From Candidatus Saccharimonadota bacterium (GTDB lineage Bacteria; Patescibacteriota; Gracilibacteria; Absconditabacterales; Absconditicoccaceae): 32,000 nt of DNA. The position numbers and the translations under genes are program-made. The stretch covers positions 480,001 through 512,000 of the forward strand of contig OZ246420.1 of assembly GCA_965231145.1 (NCBI GenBank), read 5' to 3'. A model generated the notes under the pieces. That model ran no database searches. It worked only from the letters and a program-made list of their open reading frames with translations, and was not told the origin of the DNA. Below, in pieces: positions 19,070-27,380 of the stretch (positions are counted from its first letter, which is position 1; each line of letters opens with the position of its first letter).

Positions 19070-20080
19070 ATATCTGATATATAATAGATTGCCTTCTCTT
19101 TTTTCAAGTATGCCTTTTTCATAGTGTTCCATATCATGCCCAAAGGTCATTTCATAGGTGAGACCAGCGACTTGTAGTAGATTGTGTACTTGTGTGAGTA
19201 TTCCAGCTTTTGCTACAGAAAGGGAAATGTGTTCTCTGGTTTCTTTGCTTCCTACTTCTGTCGATCTTGTTTTTACGATGCTGACAGACTTCATAATTCA
19301 TCCTTTATGATCATAATGTTCTTCGATAATTATCTTTCCATTGTCGTCTTCACTCGTATCGTTATATACATAGGAAACGACATATTCCTCTTTTAATTTC
19401 TTCCCTAGGTTCATCACTTCGCCTGTAAAAGGCTCGTGAAACATCTTCTTCCCATCCTTTGAGAGAAGATCATAGTAATTATTGATAACAAGGTCAGCGC
19501 GATGTTGTTGTGTTCTTCCAAAAATATTCCACATAGGATAGACGTTGTTTAGCGCACCTACTACCATGTAAAGTGGTTCCCCTACTCTTGCAGGATCTCT
19601 GAGAAGACGTCTTACTACTAGATCCTCTTCAGGAGCTGTCACATAGATCTTTAACGGATCATATTTTTCTGAAAGCTTTGAGATAGTATACAGTCCTTCA
19701 ACGATGATATAATCAAAGTTTCCACTGAGTGTGATAGCAATATCTCTTTTGCTTTCTTTGAAATTATATGAAGGCATGTCAAAAGGCTTATTTTCTACAC
19801 ACTCACCTATATGTTTTTCCAGGAGATCATACTCGATAAGGTCTGGATGGTCAAATGTTCCATAGAGTACAGACTTGAGCCATGTATCATCTTTGTAGTA
19901 ATTATCAGAACTTATATTCACGACAGTCTTTCCTCTATTCTCAAGCTCTTTTGCTATAAGACTAGCAATATATGATTTTCCCGATGCAGAAGCTCCGGCT
20001 ACATAAATGAGCCTTTTCTTTGATCCTACGATCTCACCGATAATTGCTTCTATATTTCCTATGGAAAGGGTGTTTTGCAT
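19061..20080 (-). CDS. Uridine/cytidine kinase-like P-loop kinase with a ~110-aa C-terminal extension (339 aa, 1 UGA)
   Basis: GASASGKS, SSDNYYKD, FDHPD, IIVEGLY and RRLLRD match the Udk/UMPK-like family. Track ORFs 19298-20080 and 19061-19294 are in frame and joined by TGA at 19298-19300. Confidence 0.75.
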
Positions 20081-20150
20081 AGTTTTCTCATCAAATCTAA
20101 ATACGTTCTAATTATACGGAAAATAACCTTTTTGGGCAAATTTTAGATAC

Positions 20151-20400
20151 AAAAAAACTCCTCAAGAAAACCGGCTACAAACCCGTATTTCCCTGAAGAG
20201 TCGCGTGGAAAACCACACTTTCCCTGTAATTTTACTATTAAGGGGGACCGCTCCGATCGCCTTTTTATTCCAAATAGATAGGTCGTAACCTATTATTTCC
20301 ATGGTTAAGCCATGGCAGTTATAATATGTAAACATATTGACCGGGAATCACACCGAGGCGCTGCAACCATTTTTTATATAGTGTAAGGGGAACGATAAGT
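20151..20400 (-). ncRNA. Structured RNA of unknown class, or cis-regulatory leader of the udk-like gene
   Basis: No ORF. Hairpins are CCATGG/CCATGG (20299-20315), ATAGGT-UACG loop-ACCTAT (20278-20293), and GCGTGG/CCACAC (20203-20218). A closing 7-bp stem (20158-20164 with 20194-20200) is followed by U7 on the minus strand. G-U pairs work only on the minus strand. The element ends about 70 nt upstream of the ATG at 20080. Confidence 0.45.
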
Positions 20401-20430
20401 TATTTCTCTTTATAATCAATATTTTCTTAT

Positions 20431-20463
20431 AAAAAAAGCCTCCTCCAAGCATGCCTGGAGGAG
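20431..20463 (-). terminator. Intrinsic terminator ending the GC-rich RNA
   Basis: CTCCTCCA (20440-20447) pairs with TGGAGGAG (20456-20463). On the minus strand GC plus U7 follows (plus-strand A7 at 20431-20437). Confidence 0.7.
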
Positions 20464-21023
20464 ATTTATAGATTATCTGTTTGTTTTGTTGCCCGGGTGG
20501 CCGGTGCCCGCCTGCTCGGCAATATGCGAGTTGTGATCGGTGGCTGTGGCGCTCTGCGTGGGCGAGATTGAATTCGTTGTTTGGTAGCTACTTTGGACTT
20601 AAGATAGTCCAAAAGCCAGATGCATGCAAGTTTTTCATAACTGCTGTGGTTTTTGGATGTTAACTTTGACAGAGGATTTCAAAAGTTTTTCGGCTTAGTG
20701 TTTAGCGTAGCTACGTGGGGGATAAGATCCGCCCAAAGCCAGTTGTCTTTTGGTCCATTGAGCTTTTTAAGCTGAACGGCACCGTACTCTTACGACATTT
20801 CTCATGGAATGCGAATTGAGAGTTTGGTGATTAATTTTTTTTACCGAGTTTTTGCCTTGTGGCGCTGGCCAGCTTTCCCTATGGATTGCTGCTGCCGCCC
20901 TGGCCCTGGTAGTGATGTGCCAATGTTATGATATTCTTCTGTGCGCTGCCATAGTTGGGCGCCCCTCGGCTCTGGGCCGGTAACATTTTTACGGTTGCCA
21001 TAAAAGTGGTTTTTATTTGTGTA
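20464..21023 (-). ncRNA. Large GC-rich structured RNA; candidate RNase P RNA (weak motif resemblance) or an unclassified large RNA
   Basis: About 560 nt with no credible ORF. Runs such as GCCCGGGTGGCCGGTGCCCGCC occur in an AT-rich genome. It has its own promoter (21030-21057) and terminator (20431-20463) on the minus strand, and many local helices. On the minus strand, in 5'->3' order: AGGGAAAGCUGG (20869-20880), GAGAAAUGUCGUAAGAG (20787-20803) and CGCUAAAC (20700-20707). Confidence 0.4.
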
Positions 21024-21029
21024 CCAGAA

Positions 21030-21057
21030 ATACTACTCCATGAAATAAGAAAGTCAA
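21030..21057 (-). promoter_or_regulatory. Putative promoter of the GC-rich RNA
   Basis: On the minus strand: TTGACT (21057-21052), a 16-nt spacer, then TAGTAT (21035-21030). It lies directly after the aspS terminator. Confidence 0.45.
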
Positions 21058-21060
21058 TAC

Positions 21061-21099
21061 TTTTTTTATAAAAAGAAAAAACGCTCTTTCAAGCGTTTT
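21061..21099 (-). terminator. Intrinsic terminator of aspS
   Basis: AAAACGCT (21078-21085) pairs with AGCGTTTT (21092-21099) around a 6-nt loop. A T-rich run follows on the minus strand. Confidence 0.65.
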
Positions 21100-21168
21100 G
21101 GGATGAATCTATTTAGATGATAACTCCTTATTTTATTCGTAATTCGTCATTATTAATTAGTAATTATA

Positions 21169-22479
21169 TTACGGTGTAATCCTCGTCGTATCTCTTGGGA
21201 AAAGTTCTGCTTCTTTAGCATTTTCCAGACCGATAAGCTTCTGAATAAATCTTGCCATACCGAAACCAAAACCTCATGTATCAGCCATCCCGTATTTGAA
21301 CGCATCAAGGTAGTGCTTGAGCCCAGGATTGTTCGGATCAAGTCCTCTATCTTCTATCTGCTTGATAAGCTTATCATGATTTACTTCACGTTGTGTGAGT
21401 GTGGCAAGCTCTACTCCTCTAAATAGCAGGTCTGCTCTGTCTGTTGCTTCAGGATTTTTAACGCTTTGATGATGATAGAACTTTGCATCAGACCATGGAA
21501 ACTCTGTGATAAATACCATTTCTGATCCCCAGTTTTTAGCGCTGTATTCACAGATGAATCTCTCCTCTGCTGGTACAACATCAAGCTCTTTTGTATAGTC
21601 TTCTCCTGTTTCTTTGAGCATCAGTTCATGCAGCTCTTTTACTGTAATGCGTGGAAACTTTTCTGCTAAGACCGGCTTTACTGCTCCAAGTGAAGTTAGC
21701 TGCTCTTCATACTCTGCCCATGTTTTATCTATGACAAAATGCATGAGCTGTTCAGCAAATGAGAGCACGTCATCCATAGAGTCGATAAACGCCATCTCGA
21801 CATCGAGCATAAGGATTTCTGACATATGTCTCGATGTATTTGACTTCTCTGCTCTGTATGCTCTTCCGATCTCGTAGACTCTCTCATAGACTGCTGACAT
21901 GATCTGCTTGTAGAACTGTGGACTTTGCGCGAGATATGCATCTCTTCCGAAGTAATCAAGCTTAAAAACCTCTGCTCCTCCTTCCGTAGGAAATCCAATA
22001 ATCTTTGGTGAATTGATCTGTGTAAACTCATTTTTATCAAAAAACTCTCTCATATATTTTTCCACGATCGCAGCAGTCTTGAAAATCTTCATCTGTCTTG
22101 GATGACGAAGCGCGATGACTTTATTATCATGGATGGTTTCACCATCTGCATTGACTGTATCTTTTGAGATATCAATCGGACTTGGATGTGCTACTGCTCT
22201 TATTACCTCAACAGTTTCTCCTCCTATCTCAGCTCCATACTTACTCTTTGGAGCATCTTTCACGAGTCCATGTACTTTCAGTACTGTTCCAGTAAGGCAA
22301 CCATTGAGCTTAGTGATCTCTGCTTCATTTTCCAAAACAATCTGCATAAGACCTTGTCTGTCTCTGATGATCACAAATGCAAGTGTTGCACCTACATTTC
22401 TAATAGTATGTAACCATCCTCTTACAGTTGCCTGTTCTCCAATATGATGTTTTAACTCTCCTGATAATAATGTTGCCAT
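21169..22479 (-). CDS. aspS: Aspartate--tRNA ligase, archaeal/type-2 short form (436 aa, 1 UGA)
   Basis: QSPQFYKQ, YRAEKSNTSRH, and C-terminal YGMADT-G-GFGFGMARF...ELFPRDTTRITP, with TGA at 21274-21276. The FPRD..R..P ending favours AspRS over AsnRS. Confidence 0.85.
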
Positions 22480-22513
22480 TAACCTAAAACTAAAGACTAA
22501 AAACGTAAAACAT

Positions 22514-22852
22514 TTATAGGATTTTGATCATTCATCATAATATTTTACTAATTTGAATCGCTTTATCAAATAGCTTATTATAAGTATCTTCTGTAATATA
22601 GTGGAGTATTCTAGCACTGTATATCATTGAACGATATTCTCAACAGGATCACTTAGCAATATACAAAAAGCGTCTATATTCTGTATCTCACTGTCTTTCA
22701 AATCCTTCAGCAATATTATTTGCTACGGATACAATAGCTCTTTGAATCTGATCTTTAAAGCTATAATCTTTGTTGTCTCTAAAAAGAGTATAAGTTTCAT
22801 CTACTCATTCTTGAGCTTTTTGCCGATACAATAAATCTTCCAGAGCCTTCAT
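22514..22852 (-). CDS. Four-helix-bundle protein (23S rRNA IVS-protein family) (112 aa, 6 UGA)
   Basis: Invisible in the standard-code track. [31 protein letters not shown] matches the NIAEG...F..IA.GS..E signature. Confidence 0.7.
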
Positions 22853-22919
22853 TTTGTTTTTTGTTTTATTATATAAATTTTTAAATAGTGGTTTTTTGTT
22901 TTCAGATATAAGTTTTTAG

Positions 22920-23993
22920 TTAAATAGTATTGTAGTATTTCGGTGTAATGTTATTTATCTCGAGTAATCTTCTGATCAGGAAGGCAATCATCTCTCTTGA
23001 GATAGCATCATTTCCTTCGTTAAGGTGAGGATTGTATGCGTAGTGAGCAAAAAGTTCTACTCCATATGCTTGATTAAAGTAGCCTTGATACCATATGTTA
23101 TTACCTTTTTCATCTAGGCTGCCATACTGCATTCTGATCAAAATAGTGATAGCTTCTGCAAGTGTCAGAGTATTTCTAGGATTAAATGCTCATGCTGATC
23201 ATTTCATCAATCAGAGCTGGCAGGCATTATTAACTGAAGTTATGAGTGTATGATCCATAGTATATGCATCTCTAAATTTGCATCCTGCAGTGCCAGCCGG
23301 TGGTATAGTTTTTCATGGATTTATCGCTATCCATGCTGCTACAAAAAACTTTGCTGCCTGCTCTCTTGTTATGGTGTCTTTCCCTTTAAAATCTGCAAGT
23401 TTCGTATATTTTGTTGCGTTGATCTGTCTCATCGTATCAAGCGCATAAATGTCCTGCATATCACTTCTATAGATACCCTTTTGTATTACTTCAGAAAGTT
23501 TTCCCTTATCATCCATAAACACTTCATTTATTACCGTACCGATAAGAGTTGGTACTTTACCTCACTTTATAGAGTTGACATGATAACGCATATCGACTAA
23601 TTGAGTAGCAGGCATTTTAGTTCCGCGGAACATAGCTACATCTCTCATTTCCAAAAGGTGGGTTGCTCCGCTTTTGTCGACTCCTTTAACATAAAATGCA
23701 GTTCCTGGTTCTGCGGCACCTAGTAACCAATCTCTACCCACGCTAGCACATCCGCTTTTGGGATTTGGAAAAAATTGATTTGATGACCATAAGTCGCTAC
23801 TAAGCGGCTTGTTATTGAGATATGGGACAACAGAAACAGACTTAATACTGTTTGTGTTATCCTGAGTTACAGTCGCACAAATCAGCGTTTGAGGAGTCAC
23901 AAGACTTGTAGCGTATGTTGTTCCTATGATACCTGCACATAATAAGGCTACTACACCGCCTATTCACTTTACCAAAGAAGTTGAACTTTTCAT
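22920..23993 (-). CDS. Secreted surface protein with C-terminal SLH-like repeats (357 aa)
   Basis: Track ORFs 22920-23141, 23313-23522 and 23562-23900 share one frame with the ATG at 23993. Signal peptide is MKSSTSLVK-G-IGGVVALLCAGIIGTTYA. Also present: ITREQAAKFFV, CKFRD...ACQLGLMKGS...FNP..TLTLAEAITILIR and ISREMIAFLIRRL. Confidence 0.7.
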
Positions 23994-24031
23994 ATATGTG
24001 TGAGATAAGAAGATAAATGACAAGAAATGAA

Positions 24032-25018
24032 CTATTTATTGATCAGTGCAAGATATTTATAGATCATCAATGCTGCTTCGCCTCTGGTAATACTCTTTTT
24101 CCCTTCTATAGTAGGTTTGATGGGCCGGTAGATAAACAAATCCAAAGCAAAGGCGTTTTTGAAGTAGTTTGTATACCATGGATTGATATTTTCAGGAAGT
24201 TTTCATCCGTATAGCCTCATGATAATAGTGGTAGCCTCTGCGATGGTCAATGTTGACTTTGGATAGAAATTTTCTGAACTTCCTTTCATGATGCCTAGTA
24301 AACACGCTTGGTTGATATAATTTCGTAGATCAGGATCAGTATTGCTCTTATCTTTGAAGTAACAACTATTGCCATAGACTTTTGGTATATTTGCAGCATC
24401 TGCTGTTTCCACAAAGAATTTTGCTGCCTGCTCTCTGCTAAATGATGCACTCGCCATAAATGTTTCTGGAGTCTTATATTTCGTTGCTCCGATATCATAC
24501 AGTTTTTGAATCGCTTGCGGAAGAAAATCTCCTATAGTATTTTCCGTTTTTTCTCAAGAGGTCGTATATGTCGTTCCGTAGAGAGTTTCTATATATTTTG
24601 ATGAGACTTGAGCACCAAGAGTCTTATCGAGTCTATAATAAAGATCAAAGTTGTAGGTAATCTGTTTTATACCATCGAGACCCGAGAGAGGCAAACTTGC
24701 TTTCCAGGCGATAGTTGCTTGAGGGGCGATAGTGAGTGTGTTTTCTATGCTTTCTGTTTTAGAACGTACTGCTGATTTGCTGATCCAATTGCAGAATGTC
24801 TCCGTATATTTGCCAGCGCTCTGATATTGTATATCAGTTCCTGATCTATTTCGCGACTTTCGTCCAAAACTTTCGACTCAAAACTCCTCTGCATTTTCAC
24901 GAGAAACATGCGCACACAGGATGATGACATCACTCGAGTTATATGTTGCTGCATTTACAGAGAGCGCCAATCACCCTAGTACAGCTGATCATATCACCAC
25001 TCCTAAAAGTTTTTTCAT
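24032..25018 (-). CDS. Secreted surface protein with C-terminal SLH-like repeats, paralogue of 22920-23993 (328 aa, 5 UGA)
   Basis: The frame was scanned from 25018 to TAG at 24032-24034. Signal peptide is MKKLLGVVI-G-SAVLG-G-LALSVNA. Also present: FSREQAAKFFV, CYFKD...ACLLGIMKGS..FYP..TLTIAEATTIIMR and ITRGEAALMIYKYL. Confidence 0.7.
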
Positions 25019-25053
25019 ACAAGCATGGGAAAAATAAAAAACTATCTATTAAT

Positions 25054-25395
25054 CTATTTCTTACCTAAATTTTTCATAATTTTTCTTCTTCCCCATCCTG
25101 AGAGATGTACCTGTACAAAGTCACTACTTCCGGAAGGCTTCTTTACAAATCTCCATCCATCCGGATCTGAACGCATCTTTGTTTCATAACAGATCTTTCT
25201 TCCTCTGAGAAACCAGTGAAATGTATGCCCTTTTGGATTTGTCTGCACTCCTATAACTCCATATTCCTTCCCTTCTTCGAGAGAAAGTTTTCTTTTAGGA
25301 TATGAAAAACGAGCTTGTCCCTTTGTACGAGCTGCCTGTTTTTCCAGTTGTGCTTTCTTTTTTGCAATGCCTCCTTTATTTGTCCTTGATGCCAT
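25054..25395 (-). CDS. Small basic hypothetical protein (113 aa, no UGA)
   Basis: Lys/Arg-rich clean ORF. No family recognised. Confidence 0.5.
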   Translation of the reverse strand: MASRTNKGGIAKKKAQLEKQAARTKGQARFSYPKRKLSLEEGKEYGVIGVQTNPKGHTFHWFLRGRKICYETKMRSDPDGWRFVKKPSGSSDFVQVHLSGWGRRKIMKNLGKK

Positions 25396-25404
25396 CGTAC
25401 AGTT

Positions 25405-25563
25405 GAAAGTTCATAAAGTGAAAAGTTCAAACTCCACCTATATAAGGAAAAAACAGCTTGTTTCAACGGTAATAATAAATAAAAGTTAAAGGTTCATAAA
25501 GTAGAAAGTTCATAAATAATTTTCGACTTTATAAACTTTAAGAACTTTATAAACTTTATAAAC
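25405..25563. repeat. GTTCATAAAG / CTTTATAAAC word array in a divergent promoter region
   Basis: GTTCATAAAG/T occurs at 25409, 25492 and 25508. Its near-complement CTTTATAAAC occurs at 25527, 25545 and 25554. The array lies between gene starts at 25395 (-) and 25572 (+). Confidence 0.55.
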
Positions 25564-25571
25564 TGTGGAAT

Positions 25572-26216
25572 ATGAAAGACATTTTGATAGCAGGAATTGC
25601 AGGATCGGGAAAAGGAACACAGGCAAGAGCATTAGAAGAGAAATTTGGTGATAAAATACAGTATTTTGAGCCATGAGCAGTACTTCGTTCGCTGAGTAGC
25701 AATGACAATATCATAGGAGAATATGCAAAGTCGTATACAAGCAAGTGACGCCTGCTGCCTGACTCTTTTATGAAGGGCATCCTATGACTTGTATTTGCGT
25801 CACTTGAAGAAGGCAACAGCCTTCTGGTTGATGGTTTTCCAAGACTGCCTTCACAGAAAGTGATCTTTGATGAGTCTATGAAAACTGCAGGAAGAGATTT
25901 CGTCGTTTTCCATCTCATCATTGATGAACAAGAGGCGATAAAGAGGCTTCGGTGAAGACTTATGTGTCCTGCTTGTGGTACGACTTACAATGTGCATCTG
26001 CATGGCGAGATCTCTGTCTGTCCTGAGGATAACACAGCGCTTATTAAGCGTACAGACGATCAGTCCATGGAAGCTATACAGCAAAGATTTAAAGCGTTCC
26101 ATGAAGATACAGAACATCTCCTTGAAGAATACAAGCAAGAAGGTAAACTTATTGAAATAGATGGTACTCAAAGCATTGAGGTGATAACAAAAGAAATTAT
26201 TGCACATTTGAGTTAA
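25572..26216 (+). CDS. adk: Adenylate kinase with Cys-containing lid (214 aa, 4 UGA)
   Basis: IAGIAGSGKGTQ, SK-G-RLLPD, LVDGFPR, and lid R-G-RLMCPACGTTYN...CPED. The track shows only 25962-26216. The frame was read from 25572 without TAA or TAG. Confidence 0.9.
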
Positions 26217-26252
26217 TCTTTGCATCTACTTTAGTCTGCAAGAAAGAATATC

Positions 26253-26564
26253 ATGGTGAATAATATCCAGGAAGTGATTAAAAAATGTGAGACAACTATT
26301 CCCGATTCGTTTTACGGAGGGAGAGAAAAGATTATCAAAACGACTGGTGATAATGTCTTTCATACATTTGGTATGCTTCCCAATAAACCTGTATTTGCTG
26401 CTACTATAGATAGTGAAAAAGCATATTTCGCACTATTTAATGAAGGAAATAGCTCTGTATATAGTGAATTTGGTAGCGGTGTGAGATATTTTAATGAGCA
26501 ATCTTTGGATAAAGCTATAGAAACTTTTTCTGAAACTGTATGTTTCAATAGCGAATATGAATAG
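26253..26564 (+). CDS. Hypothetical protein (103 aa, no UGA)
   Basis: Clean ORF. No family recognised. Confidence 0.5.
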   Translation: MVNNIQEVIKKCETTIPDSFYGGREKIIKTTGDNVFHTFGMLPNKPVFAATIDSEKAYFALFNEGNSSVYSEFGSGVRYFNEQSLDKAIETFSETVCFNSEYE

Positions 26565-26596
26565 GATAAATTATTTTTAATTCCTTCCTCCATATC

Positions 26597-27277
26597 ATGG
26601 ATAGCTATATGCCTAAAGTTACTCCAGATCAGCTTTGCTCTGCTCTACAATTATGTAGTGTAAGACAAAAAGGAAATGAGTATTTTGTCGCAGTAAAGAA
26701 GCTTGACGGTACTATGTCTGAAATCCCATTTGCAGATATAGCAAATGCTGATATATATGACAACAAACCTATTGTCAGAACATACAGCTCTGGCCATGCA
26801 TTTTTCAATGAGGATACATCAAAAGTATTTCTTATCAGCGTAGAGAAGAAGTGAACAAAGCAAATACAGTTTACCGGAGGCGCTCCCCTTGAAGAAATCA
26901 ATAAAGACGTTGTCTTTCAGAAAGATGGTCAGATTCAATTTCATCTGTGAAAAATAGAAGAGAATGCTCTCATACGTACAAAAAACAGGACGTGAGTAGA
27001 TGTTTTATTGCATTGGAATGAGCTGCCTCTTGTTGACTGGGCACTTATTGAGAATAGTAATGACGAATGAAAAACATATCGAAGGCTTGTTTGTCTCTTA
27101 CATTATATTGTAAAGTCTTATGAAGGAGAATTAAAAGCACAGGTATGAGTTGAAGATGTCATAGACGGTCAACGATATGACGTACAGGACATTATTGATA
27201 ATAAGATAGAACACATTGCACCAAATGCCAGTATCATTATACAAAAGGCATTGGAAATTATAAAATCCGTATTGTAG
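26597..27277 (+). CDS. Hypothetical protein (226 aa, 5 UGA)
   Basis: Track ORF 26597-26854 continues in frame through five TGA codons to TAG at 27275-27277, checked codon by codon. No family recognised. Confidence 0.5.
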
Positions 27278-27351
27278 GGACGTAATATTTTACGTCCTCC
27301 CCGTATGTAATTCACGTATGATTGTTAGTAGGGACAACATTATTGTTGTCC
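27277..27351 (+). other. Pair of similar GGGAC-stem hairpins upstream of glyQS
   Basis: GGACGTAA-TATT-TTACGTCC (27278-27297) and GGACAACA-TTAT-TGTTGTCC (27332-27351) each have an 8-bp stem and a 4-nt loop. A CGTATG direct repeat lies between them. Confidence 0.5.
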
Positions 27352-27380
27352 GTGAAAATATGATATTTAATTTTGTATAT

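Noticed and set aside
20481-20663. Track ORF MFCCPGGRCPPARQYASCDRW... inside the GC-rich block
   Set aside because: The Cys/Arg/Gly/Pro-rich nonsense composition is typical of translating GC-rich structured RNA. It has no start context and lies on the strand opposite to the promoter and terminators.
20151-21023. tRNA, tmRNA, SRP RNA or rRNA fragment in the GC-rich island; also a striking number of 6-bp restriction-type palindromes (CCCGGG, GAATTC, GCATGC, GTTAAC, CTTAAG, TGGCCA, GGCGCC, CCATGG)
   Set aside because: I found no T-loop (GTTCRANYC), no CCA-ending acceptor arm, no GGAA/AGCA SRP helix-8 motif and no rRNA signature. About 14 palindromic hexamers are expected by chance in 900 bp, so the palindromes are not evidence of anything by themselves.
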